The translations under genes were made by a program, and so were the position numbers. A DNA stretch of 63,776 nt, the filler included, from Malassezia furfur (Eukaryota): the NCBI GenBank assembly GCA_052055015.1. It is 2 parts of 2 records of this genome, joined end to end, with 100 filler letters (N's around TTAATTAATTAA, not from the genome) between each part and the next. Parts side by side here need not be neighbours in the genome. Positions count along the whole stretch, not along the records: positions 1 to 31,855 come from JBQJIT010000090.1; 1 more part is not named here. One strand, given 5' to 3'. This document shows positions 19,891-29,876 of this stretch, piece after piece. The first letter of the stretch is position 1. The number at the start of each line of letters is the position of its first letter. The notes below the pieces were generated by a model that was not told the DNA's origin, ran no database searches, and saw nothing but the letters and a program-made list of their open reading frames with translations.

Positions 19891-20024
19891 GCACTGTACC
19901 ATACAGACATGGTCTGACGGTTGTCCAGCAACCGAAATGACGATGCTCAATGGAACGTGGCAGGGAGAGTATCTAAATCTATGGTACAAGTGCGGCCTGC
20001 ACACGATTCATCGTGTGCAGCCCG
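19891..20024 (+). ncRNA. Candidate structured RNA element (unidentified)
   Basis: A hand-folded four-way junction plus an 11-bp perfect hairpin in the intergenic region between convergent genes. No known family motif recognised. Confidence 0.3.
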
Positions 20025-20068
20025 AAGCGGGGGAATCATGGTCTCTCACCCTTCTATTGTACAGGAAC

Positions 20069-21535
20069 TCAGGTCGTTTCGTCCTTTTGCATAGGGCGTA
20101 CCTCTTGCACCTTGGGCTCGATTACTGGCGGGGGCCCACTCAGGTCCACGCCGGCCGCATGCCCGTATGCCTTTAGGTCCACGGCGGTTCGTCGCGTAAA
20201 CGCATCGTCCAGGCGTTTGGGGTTCTGTCGAGATTCTTTGGTCCATTTGGACTTGATCTCGCGTCGCGTACGATGGGGAAAGAGACGAGTGATCATCTCA
20301 AAGTCTGTACCCCACTGCGATACGGCATGGAAGAAGCGCTCAGTCTCTTCCACGGACCAGCGCTGCGTTCGCCGCTGCTTGCTGCGGCTCGCACTGTTGA
20401 CAAACTGGTCGCCCTCACGCTCGTCAACGACTTCCCAATTGCGCTGCTCCCGCGCCTGTTGTTCTTCATCCCGGTAGTCGGCGTACAGAGAGCGCTCGTC
20501 CAGTACAATCTTGCCATCAACAATGCGCGTCTGCACGGCAAATCGGTTCTCGCCAAACTCCTCGTTGGGTGCGGGCGTCTCGGTGGGTGCTTCCGTCACT
20601 TCTTGAGTGTCAGGGGCAGGCGTGCCCGACTCCTTTATGACCTCTGGTGCAGGAGACTGGCTCGGGTTCTCCTTGATAGCCTCGGCGTCCTTCCGCCGTT
20701 TCTTGAGCTGGCGCTGCCGCACACGCTCAAGCTCAAACGTGCGGCTGCTTGCTCGGCCGCTCCGCCAGTTGGTCACAGCGATTGACTCCATTGTGGTGGC
20801 ACCCACATCAACACGCAGAGGTGGCAAAGCATTCGGCTGCGCAACGGAGGGCGACGACACAGCCGCGCACTGGGCATTATATTCTGCTTCATCGTCCGAG
20901 ATCGAGGTGGCTGTGCGCCGCTTGGCGCTGGCACGGTTCGAACGACGGGTTCCTGCGCTCGAACCCGTATCGCGGGGCTGTGCAACTAGTTGACGCTCCG
21001 TCTCGCCCATGGCCTGCCAAGCGGACGATGCTTGTGCACCGACGGCGTCCGCTGGCAGGGCGGGGTCGAGCTGTAGCGTGGTCGGATCCGGCTGGGCAGC
21101 CTGCAGAAAATGTCCAAAGCCATCTGCAGACTGGGAAGGCTGGACAGGACGCGAAATTGGGACCGAGGATGCACGCACTGGGGGGACTAGTGAGGTGGTC
21201 CGCGGCGCAGGGGGCGCTCGGGCCTCTTCTTTCGATCTCTCTGGGATACTGCTGACCGCAGGCTGAGAATCAGTCACTCCCGTATCACGTTTCTGTGGTA
21301 CAATCTTTCGAGGCGCTGCCGAAGGCGCGAAGGCATAACTACGCGCCGAGGTTGCTGGTGTGTTGCCAGGCGCTGGTGCGCGACGCGCGCCCGGAACCAC
21401 CGGCGCGGGCTCTGTCGATCGCGCAGGAAGCTGCGTGTCTGGTTTGTTTGTATGCGAATTGCCATCTGCCTGGGCGGTGCGGCGCGAGACCACCGTCGGG
21501 CGGAACCGCTGCGAACCCTTTTCGATTCGAGACAT
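20069..21535 (-). CDS. BDP1: TFIIIB B'' subunit (SANT/Myb domain)
   Basis: Q.RIVDGKIVLDE.SL, FVNSAS, RWS.EETERFF.A.SQWGTDFEMI..LFP.R.R.EIK.K...E...NP. Confidence 0.9.
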   Translation of the reverse strand: MSRIEKGSQRFRPTVVSRRTAQADGNSHTNKPDTQLPARSTEPAPVVPGARRAPAPGNTPATSARSYAFAPSAAPRKIVPQKRDTGVTDSQPAVSSIPERSKEEARAPPAPRTTSLVPPVRASSVPISRPVQPSQSADGFGHFLQAAQPDPTTLQLDPALPADAVGAQASSAWQAMGETERQLVAQPRDTGSSAGTRRSNRASAKRRTATSISDDEAEYNAQCAAVSSPSVAQPNALPPLRVDVGATTMESIAVTNWRSGRASSRTFELERVRQRQLKKRRKDAEAIKENPSQSPAPEVIKESGTPAPDTQEVTEAPTETPAPNEEFGENRFAVQTRIVDGKIVLDERSLYADYRDEEQQAREQRNWEVVDEREGDQFVNSASRSKQRRTQRWSVEETERFFHAVSQWGTDFEMITRLFPHRTRREIKSKWTKESRQNPKRLDDAFTRRTAVDLKAYGHAAGVDLSGPPPVIEPKVQEVRPMQKDETT

Positions 21536-21609
21536 TTTTGTCGGCAAGGTCGGGGTAGTGCCTTTGCTGACTCAGCCTTGACCGCGACGCGGCGTGTCTG
21601 CCTTGGAGC

Positions 21610-22711
21610 ATGCCAGATCCCTCGTTGGAGCAATACCTCGCGGAGCACTATTACTCTGGTCCTAAGGCGGACGCCGTATTGAAGCGGTACGGAGAAGATG
21701 GCAAGAAGAAAAAGAAACGGAAACACCGTACCGAGAGCAACGATGCACTGATCATCAAAGACGACAGCGCCGTATGGTTCGGCGACGAGCCCGAGGCAGA
21801 AGACGCAGAAGAAGAAGTGGTACCCAAGGCTATCCCGGATGCACAATATCTGCAAACATCGGGGCGTACTAGCAAGCCATCTGGGTGGGTAAACGTTCGA
21901 CAGGGTGAGCCGCAACCTGCTACGACCCATCCATCTAGCCTGGGTCAGTCGGCGTCAGGATCCTCTGAGGGCATTGGCATGGCTGCTGACGCGCCGAAAT
22001 CCGCTATGCAGATGGAAACGATGCACACCGAGTCGTCTGTTACGCCAGCGCCCGTACCTATCAAGGCAGGTCTTATGAGTGGTGCACAGCTTCGTGCACA
22101 GCGCGAAGCTCGCGAAGCGGCCGAACGCGCCGAGCGCGAGCACGAAGCGGCTGAAGCTGCAGAGAATGAAGATGATATACCCCCCCACCAGGAGACTGTA
22201 TACCGTGATGCGTCAGGCCGGCGTATCGATCTCGCTGAAGAAGAAGCACGGATACGTGAAGAACATCTTCAGGCCGAGCGCAAGAAGCGCGAAAGAGAAC
22301 AATGGAATCAGGGTCTGGTGCAGCGTCGCGAACGCGAAGAACAGCGCCGCGAGCTTGACCGGATGCAAAAAGAGGGCGTTGCGAGGTACGTTCAATACTG
22401 ACTTACACAGACACGCGGATGATACACGCATGAACGAAGCGCTCAAGGGCAAGACGCACTGGGATGACCCTGCCAGTGGTTTTTTGACGCGGCGATCGGG
22501 CCGGCGCGTCATTCGGCCTCAATACGAAGGTCCTCCCCCGCCCCCCAATCGTTTCAACATCCGGCCTGGCTACCGCTGGGATGGTGTGGATCGTGGCAAC
22601 GGGTTTGAGCGCAAACTTTTCCTCAAGATCAACAGCAATCAACGCCTGCGGTCCGAGTACCAAAGTAAGTGCAGTCGATTTAACGCAGTGTGGTCCGCCG
22701 AGGACATGTAA
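21610..22711 (+). CDS. BUD13: RES-complex splicing factor Bud13/Cwc26
   Basis: L..YLA.HY, ETVYRDASGR, W..GLVQ, WDDPA and PPNRF.IRPGYRWDGVDRGNGFE; ends WSAEDM. Introns 22386-22410 (25 nt) and 22665-22688 (24 nt). Confidence 0.92.
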
Positions 22712-22800
22712 TGTGGGGAATCCGCGCGCCTCCACCCATAGCGCTTACCTAACGACGTAGCTCCCCTCCATCCCGCTGTAAATACGCGTGTCACAAGGGG

Positions 22801-23463
22801 ATGTCGTCCCTGTCGCTGACGCTCCCCCTTGTTTCTCCTTTGGTCACCCGCGTACTGGAGCTGCGGGACTTTTCGCCTCAGCTCCAAACGCGTGATCTCC
22901 ATACGTTGCTTTCTGGACCCACGAATGGAGATGAATCCGCGTACAAAATCAAATGGCGGAACGACACGTCGGCGTATATCATCTTTCAGGACCCCAGCGT
23001 TGCAAAACTAGCATACATTCAACTACTGTGCTCTCCTCCTCCGCTGATGCAGCGAAATCTTGACGACCAGCCCTCTTCGCCACTCGCTCGTCTGCTCGAT
23101 GTACCATATGCTACTGTTCGACCCTGCACTGGATCGGAGGCTGCCTCCCTTTTGAACGCGATGCCACATGCATCAGGCACTCGTAATATGTCCAGTGGAA
23201 GCCATGCAAGGCTCTCCTGGGGTCCCGGAGAGCACAATATGGCGTCGTCCCTGCCTCCACGCCATTTCTCCAACGAAGCCGTCGGTGCCCAGCGACGGAT
23301 TCGCAGTAATGCACTACCCAACAAGCCCTCAAACCATCAAGAAAGTAACGGGGCATCTTCACGCCCTTATCTGCATATGGAACCGCCTTCCCACCTTTCC
23401 TCCCATAGCCACCTGCCCTCCAGTGGAGTCCCCGGTGTAGATTCGAACGACATGCCGGTGTAA
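22801..23463 (+). CDS. Protein with an N-terminal RRM-like domain (R3HCC1L/Thc1-type)
   Basis: RVLEL.DF...L.TRDL...YKIKW.NDTSAYIIF.DP..A..AY, followed by a low-complexity S/P/H-rich tail. Confidence 0.6.
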   Translation: MSSLSLTLPLVSPLVTRVLELRDFSPQLQTRDLHTLLSGPTNGDESAYKIKWRNDTSAYIIFQDPSVAKLAYIQLLCSPPPLMQRNLDDQPSSPLARLLDVPYATVRPCTGSEAASLLNAMPHASGTRNMSSGSHARLSWGPGEHNMASSLPPRHFSNEAVGAQRRIRSNALPNKPSNHQESNGASSRPYLHMEPPSHLSSHSHLPSSGVPGVDSNDMPV

Positions 23464-23585
23464 GAGCCGGCTCGACCCGCTTAGCGCGGAGAAATTTTTG
23501 GCGACTGTTGGGATGCGGCACGTGCATTCCGATTCTGGGGGCCTTGCAGCACTCGGCCCACAGCTCGCATGCTTTGCAGCGAGCC

Positions 23586-25914
23586 ATGACCGAGGACGAC
23601 AAACGCGCTGCTTCTACAGCAAGCAGCGCCAAGGATGCCTCGAATGAGTCTGACATTTTCACGGAAAAGTACAGTGCTCGCGATGGCAAGGAGGATTGGG
23701 ATGTGTTGGACGAAGAGAAGTGGTCCATGTACTCCCGGCTGGAGTCTTTCCGGCGCTTCGTCGCGTGGTGCCGGGGCGAAGGCTGGCGGGGGTACGAGAA
23801 CTACATCGGTGCACCCATCTTATATCCCAACTGTACGAACGAGACGATTGAGCAAGTGGCCAATAGCCCCGAAGTTCAGCGCACGATCCAGAGCATCGCG
23901 CAAGCGCGCGTGACGGCGATGCTGGCCTGCGTCCACAATGGCAAGATCTCTCCTGAGTACGTCCGCGCATACCTGAAGAATCCCAACATGGACGACGAGC
24001 CAGTCGTGGACACGGACCACTTATCGGCTCCGAAACCGCTGGAGGACTACATTCTCGTGGATCTTGTACCGCGTCGGTCTTGCTTTGCCGCATATCATTG
24101 CAGGCAACAACCTCGATTTGCCCATCATTGGCACTGTTCTGCGCAAAGGCGGTGCACTGTTTATTCGTCGCAGTTTCCAGGGCGACTCGTTGTACCCAGT
24201 CGTGCTGAAGGAGTACATTATGAACATCTTGGCACAGGGCCGCAACATGGAGCTCTTTATCGAAGGCACCCGGTCTCGCACCGGCAAACTGCTTCCACCT
24301 AAATATGGCATCCTGAAATACATGATGACGGCCGTGCGCGAAGGACGCACTTCGGACGTGCTACTGTGCCCGGTGAGTCTGCAGTACGACTCGGTCGTCG
24401 AGGCGGAGACGTATGTGGACGAGCTGCTGGGCAAGCCCAAGCAGTCCGAGTCGCTTTATGGGCTGGTTACGGGCGGCTCAGCGCTGCTGCAGCTCAAGAT
24501 GGGTCGCATTGACGTGCGTTTCCAGCGTCCATGGAGTCTGCAGGAATTTTTGGCGCGCCAGGAGCGACGGCACACAACGGACACGGGCGAGGATGGCGAC
24601 CAGGCTTTGCTCAAGTCGCTCGGCTACAAGGTGCTGTCGGACATCAACAATATCTCAGTCGTCATGCCTGCTGCGATGGTGGGAACAGTCATCCTCACGA
24701 TGCGTGGGCGTGGCATTGGGCGTTCGGCACTGATCGCCGGTGTGACGCGCTTGCGGGAGCGTATCATGCACAAAGGCTATGAAGTGGCCAACTTTGGTCT
24801 CAAGAGCATGCCCGAAATTGTGGACCGTGCGCTGTCGCTTATGAAAGACCTGGTGGTGGTGGAGCACAAAAACTTGCTCGAGGTGACGATCCAGCCGGTC
24901 AAGGTGTTTGAGCTATCTTTCTACCGCAACCAGATCATGCACATCTTTGTGCACGAGGCGCTCATCTGTGCGGCCATCTACACGCGGGTCAAGCAGGGTG
25001 GCCCGGTTCCGATGCAGCGCATCGGCTACGAGGACCTGTACAAAGACGTGGGCTTTATTTCGTGGGTGCTGCGCAACGAGTTCGTGTATGATACCAGCCC
25101 GCTCGAGACCAACATTGAGCGGACCGTCCAGCAGATGGTGCACGACCATGTGCTGGAGCTCACGTACGTCGACAACGAGACCAAGACCTCGGCCAAGATC
25201 CAGGACTGGCGCGAGGGTCGTGCACTTCTTGGCATCGCGGAGCAGGAACGCCAAAAGGGGCGCGAGTCGTTCGACACCTACCTTTTCCTGATCTGGCCCT
25301 ATGTCGAGAGCTACTGGCTTGCGAGCATTTCTTTGCTCTCACTCGCGCCACAGGCGTGTGAGTTTACGCTTGTTGAAGTCGGTGATCCGCTCATTGCACC
25401 GGGACGCTTGCGCTCGGTGCCGCAATACAACCGGCAGCGTGTTCCATGGTACATGTACAAAGACCTGCTGCCCTGCACGCAAAAGATTGGCAACACGCTG
25501 TACCGCCAGGGCGAACTGACGTACTACGAGTCAATCAACAGCGCCACGCTCACCAACGCGTTTGGGCGTCTAGAGGAAATGGGTATTCTAATCGTGCGCA
25601 AGAGCGAGGACAAGAAGCCGATGAAGCTCGTCGCACTCAGTCCGCAATGGGTGCCGCACGTCGAGGTTACGCAAAGTGTGGTGCCCAACGAAGACACGGC
25701 GGTGGTTCCACATCTCCCGCCGAACCACATGTTTGTCGGTCGGCTGATCTCCTTCTTTAACCACCTCGTGCACTTCCGCCGCGAGGGCAAGGACCGCCGC
25801 AACCGCAGCGACAACTCCAAGATCTTTGAGCACGTGTTCAACGGAGGTCCCAACATTGTCATGTGGGAGACAGTCCGCATGCCCAAGGTCCATGCCAATC
25901 TCGCGCATCTATAG
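23586..25914 (+). pseudogene. GPAT/DHAPAT (PlsB-family) acyltransferase, frameshifted and missing motif I (pseudogene or assembly deletion)
   Basis: The N-terminal ORF starts at ATG 23586 and the frame switches near 24047-24054. The downstream frame has LPHIIAGNNL, GALFIRR, FIEGTRSRTGK, PVSLQYD and a C-terminal AHL. There is no HxxxxD motif at the expected position and no consensus intron at the junction. Confidence 0.7.
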
Positions 25915-25918
25915 TGCC

Positions 25919-26737
25919 TTAGTCAAGCACAGCCGCATCTGCCCATTGCGAGCCACGCCGCTCCTCCTCGCGCCGAGCCAGCTGGCGCGCATAGCGCTCG
26001 ACACGACGTTTCAGGGAGGGCGCATCGCGCAAGGTGCGCATCGTCAGCACGGCGTGGCATGCCGCCGCAGGACACTCGGCGCCGCGGCGGCCTGCCTGCT
26101 GTATATACTCGGTAATCGCCGCACGCGAGTATGCATGCGCACACACCGTGCTCTCCACGGGGTCGTCTAGCAGCGTCGCCGTCAGCGGGCACCGGAATTG
26201 CTGCAGCGTACCACCGACGACAATGTCTTCGTCCTCGGCGCCGTCCGCATCGTGCTCGTCATCCGGCTCCGCGGGAATCATGTCGACAAGTGGTGGCATT
26301 GCACCCTCGCCACGCACCTCCCACACGCGTGACCGGAAGTCGACGTAGCTAGGGTGCTGCGCGTACTTCTGTCGCGTGGTTTTCTGCGCGTATTCGGCGC
26401 GATGGCGCTCAAGCGCCGCACGGTACGCCTGTACGGGGTCCTCGGGCGCCGTACCTTGGGCAATTTCGCGCTGCAGCGAGTCCAGCAGCGTCTGACGGAA
26501 CTCGGCCTCGCGCGCGAGATCAATGAGCTGCCGCGTGCCTTGGTCGAGGCGCGCGACGTACGACGTGCTCGGGGATGCGTCTGCAGCAAACTCTTCCACC
26601 TCGGCACCTACGTCGGGGAAAAAGTGCAGCGCCGTATCGAGGTGCTCACGCACCTGCGAATACTCGCTGCCGAGCTGCCGCACACGCGGCGCGAGCCCCG
26701 CATCGATCGCGCACGCGCTGGGCGACTCGTGGCGCAT
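25919..26737 (-). CDS. NSE2: SMC5/6 SUMO ligase Nse2/Mms21 (SP-RING)
   Basis: KYA....Y..FR..VW, EDEDIVVGG, CPLT...L.DPV.S..C.H.YSR.AI and CP...C. Confidence 0.88.
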   Translation of the reverse strand: MRHESPSACAIDAGLAPRVRQLGSEYSQVREHLDTALHFFPDVGAEVEEFAADASPSTSYVARLDQGTRQLIDLAREAEFRQTLLDSLQREIAQGTAPEDPVQAYRAALERHRAEYAQKTTRQKYAQHPSYVDFRSRVWEVRGEGAMPPLVDMIPAEPDDEHDADGAEDEDIVVGGTLQQFRCPLTATLLDDPVESTVCAHAYSRAAITEYIQQAGRRGAECPAAACHAVLTMRTLRDAPSLKRRVERYARQLARREEERRGSQWADAAVLD

Positions 26738-26811
26738 GGCCAAATGCCGGACACGTGATAGCCGTCCGGGGAGGCGGCCCGAGCGTCGGGCCCCAACACT
26801 TCCCCTCAACC

Positions 26812-27924
26812 ATGGCACCGATTACCAGTACCTCGCGAAGCGCCCTCCTCGGTGCCATTGCTGTGCTATCCATCGCGACAGGGTTTGCCGTGTCGTATCT
26901 GGCAGTACGTGCGCCGCCGAGGCCGCAGTTCTCGGTGTACGCTGCGAGCGTGATCTCTGCCGCACGCCGCGAAGTGGCGCTTACCCCGCACGGCCGCTTC
27001 TTCTCTTCGAGCTCGCCGGCGGTGGAAAGGGCCGAAAAGTTCTATCTGATGCTCGTGCGCATCTTCCAGGAGCTGACTTCGACGCCGTTCGGCAAGGGCA
27101 CGTTCCTGTTCATCTTCTCGATGACGGCGCCGCTCGTCATGTTCTCCAACGTCGAGGCCCTCAAGCCCCAGGCGCACCTGCTCATGGGTGGCATTGCGGT
27201 CACGCTCATTTTCCTCACGGGCCAGCTGATCTGCATCGGCGCAGCGCTGCCCATCTTCTACGTCCCTGCTGTTGCCCTGGTGCGAGCGCTGCGTCCGAAA
27301 GACACTTTCCCGCAGCGTGCGTTCAACGAGTCGGCAATTCCTCTGCTCAAGCTCTTGCAGCTCGGTGCGGGTATCCCGGCGCTGCTGACGGTGATCATCC
27401 CGCCGAAGCACAAGTACTACTTCCTCGCCAACTCGCTGTTCCAGTTCTTCCCGCTGATCTTTGTGCACCTGAGCGGCTACAAGCTGCTCGCCGGCCGCAG
27501 TAACTCGGTGTCGTCGCGTGCCGTGGGTGACTTGTACCGCTCGAGCCGCTTCTCGAGCACGGTGCTCTACTGGCTGGGCGTGTACCTCATGTTCCCGACG
27601 CTGTTGCACCTCGCCAAGGGCAGCTGGGTGCCATTCACCGACGCCATTAGGCTCATCCTCTGGGACGCGGTGGGTGTGCTTCTGACTATGGTGTTCCTCG
27701 TTGCCATCAACCTGGTCGCCGACCCGGCGCCGCTGGGCATCACGGGCTACCGCAACATGCACGCTGATGGTCCGCACCTTGTGGTAGCGACGCTCAAGGC
27801 CATCGCGACTGCGCTCGTGTTTGGCCCGGGTACGGCCATGTTCAACTACCTTGCGAAGCGCGAGGACGCCGTGGCGCCCGTGCACCCTGGCTTCGAGGTG
27901 CTCATCGAAGAGAAGGCCCAGTAG
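26812..27924 (+). CDS. Multi-pass membrane protein of unknown function
   Basis: ATG 26812 in a CAACCATGG context, strong GC3 codon bias and about 8 hydrophobic segments. A weak candidate 24-nt intron lies at 26905-26928. Confidence 0.7.
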   Translation: MAPITSTSRSALLGAIAVLSIATGFAVSYLAVRAPPRPQFSVYAASVISAARREVALTPHGRFFSSSSPAVERAEKFYLMLVRIFQELTSTPFGKGTFLFIFSMTAPLVMFSNVEALKPQAHLLMGGIAVTLIFLTGQLICIGAALPIFYVPAVALVRALRPKDTFPQRAFNESAIPLLKLLQLGAGIPALLTVIIPPKHKYYFLANSLFQFFPLIFVHLSGYKLLAGRSNSVSSRAVGDLYRSSRFSSTVLYWLGVYLMFPTLLHLAKGSWVPFTDAIRLILWDAVGVLLTMVFLVAINLVADPAPLGITGYRNMHADGPHLVVATLKAIATALVFGPGTAMFNYLAKREDAVAPVHPGFEVLIEEKAQ

Positions 27925-28007
27925 GGAGCGAGTGTATAGCACGTGATCAGGCTTGGTCGAAATTTTTTGGCGGCGCGGCGGCGCGCCACGTTCTTCCGCG
28001 AGCCGAG

Positions 28008-29847
28008 ATGAAGTACATTGTCGTGAGCGGCGGTGTGATTTCGGGGATCGGGAAAGGCGTCATTGGTAAGTGAGAGTCTCATCGTAGCGTCTTCGACCGG
28101 TCTCCTGCTGAAGACGCTCGGCCTGCGCGTGACGTCGATCAAAATCGACCCGTACATGAACATCGATGCCGGCACGATGGCCCCCACGGAGCACGGCGAG
28201 GTGTTTGTGCTGAACGACGGTGGTGAAGTCGATTTGGATTTGGGCAACTACGAGCGCTACCTGGATGTGACGCTCGCGCGCGACAACAACATCACCACGG
28301 GCAAAATCTACCGCGAGGTGATTGAAAAGGAGCGCCGTGGCGATTACCTCGGTAAGACGGTGCAGATCGTGCCACACCTCACCAACGCGATCCAGGACTG
28401 GATCCAGCGTGTGGCGGTCCTGCCGGTGGACGAGAGCGGTGAGGAGCCCGACGTGTGCATTGTCGAGCTGGGTGGTACGGTCGGCGACATCGAGTCGGCG
28501 CCGTTCGTGGAAGCGTTGCGCCAGTTCCAGTTCCGTGTGGGCCAGGAAAACTTTGCGCTCATCCATGTCTCGCTGGTGCCGCTGATCGGCGGTGAACAAA
28601 AGACCAAGCCGACCCAGGCCGCGATTCGCGACCTGCGTGGCCTCGGTTTGGTCCCCGACATGATCGCCGCGCGGTGTGCGACGCCGCTGGAGCACGCTGT
28701 GATCAACAAGCTCTCGATGTTCTGTCACGTCGGCCCGAACCAGGTGCTGGGTGTGCACGATGTCAACTCTACGTACCACGTCCCGCTCTTGCTGGAGCAG
28801 CAGGGCATGGTCAAGTTCTTCGAGCGCCGCCTGAACTTGGACCTGGCGCGCGACATCTCGCCGGAAATGAAGAAGAAGGGTCTCGAGCTGCGCCGGCGCT
28901 GGAAGGAACTGACCTCGGCGCAGGAGCGCACTGTTGACCGCGTTGAGATCGTGCTGGTCGGCAAGTACACCTCGCTCCAGGACTCATACATCTCCGTGGT
29001 CAAGGCGCTTGAGCATGCCTCGCTGCGCTGCCAGCGCAAGCTCGTGCTCAAGTGGGTCGAGTCGAGTGACTTGGAGCCGCAAGCGCAGACGGAGCGCCCT
29101 GTCGAATACCACCAGGCCTGGCAGCACCTGTGCTCCGCCAAGGGCATCATTGTTCCGGGTGGCTTCGGCAAGCGCGGCACCGAGGGTATGATCACGGCGG
29201 CCAAGTGGGCGCGCGAGAAGAAGGTGCCGTACCTCGGTATCTGTCTCGGCTTCCAGCTTGCCGTTGTCGAGTTTGCGCGGAACGTTTGTGGGATGACCGA
29301 TGCCGGGTCGGAGGAGCTCGATGAGGACTGCAAGGACCCTACGGTGGTGTACATGCCCGAGATCAGCCGCACTCACCTGGGCGGCACGATGCGTCTGGGT
29401 CTGCGTCCTACGCTGTTCCAGGAGGCGTCGAAGGAGTGGAGCAAGATTCGTCCGCTGTACGGCGACGACCCCATCATTTGGGAACGCCATCGCCACCGCT
29501 ACGAGATCAACCCGAAGAAGGTGGAGACGATCGAGGGCACGCTCGACAAGACTACCGGATCATCGCTCCGGTTCATTGGGCGCAACGAGAAGGGCAATCG
29601 TATGCAGGTCGCCGAGCTGACCGACCACCCCTACTTTGTCGGGATGCAGGCCCATCCCGAGCTTGCCTCGCGGCCGCTCAACCCTTCGCCTCCGTTCCTC
29701 GGCCTGGTCGCCGCTGCCGCGGGTGTCCTGGACGAGCAGATGGAGCAGCAGCGCGCCGAGTACGTCCCGCCGCACCCCAAGTCGAGCATGGTGCTCGAGT
29801 CCGAGGCCGAGGCCAAGGCCGAGGCCGAGGCCGCCGCCGAGCCATAG
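28008..29847 (+). CDS. URA7: CTP synthase
   Basis: [22 protein letters not shown] (22-nt intron 28066-28087), [24 protein letters not shown] and HPE. Confidence 0.97.
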
Positions 29848-29876
29848 TTTCCACGTGATGCGCACGTCCCTTCGTT

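Noticed and set aside
19883..19897. CCTAGGATG resembling the U14 snoRNA 3' domain
   Set aside because: There is no adjacent CTGA box D and no domain A; a 9-nt match can occur by chance.
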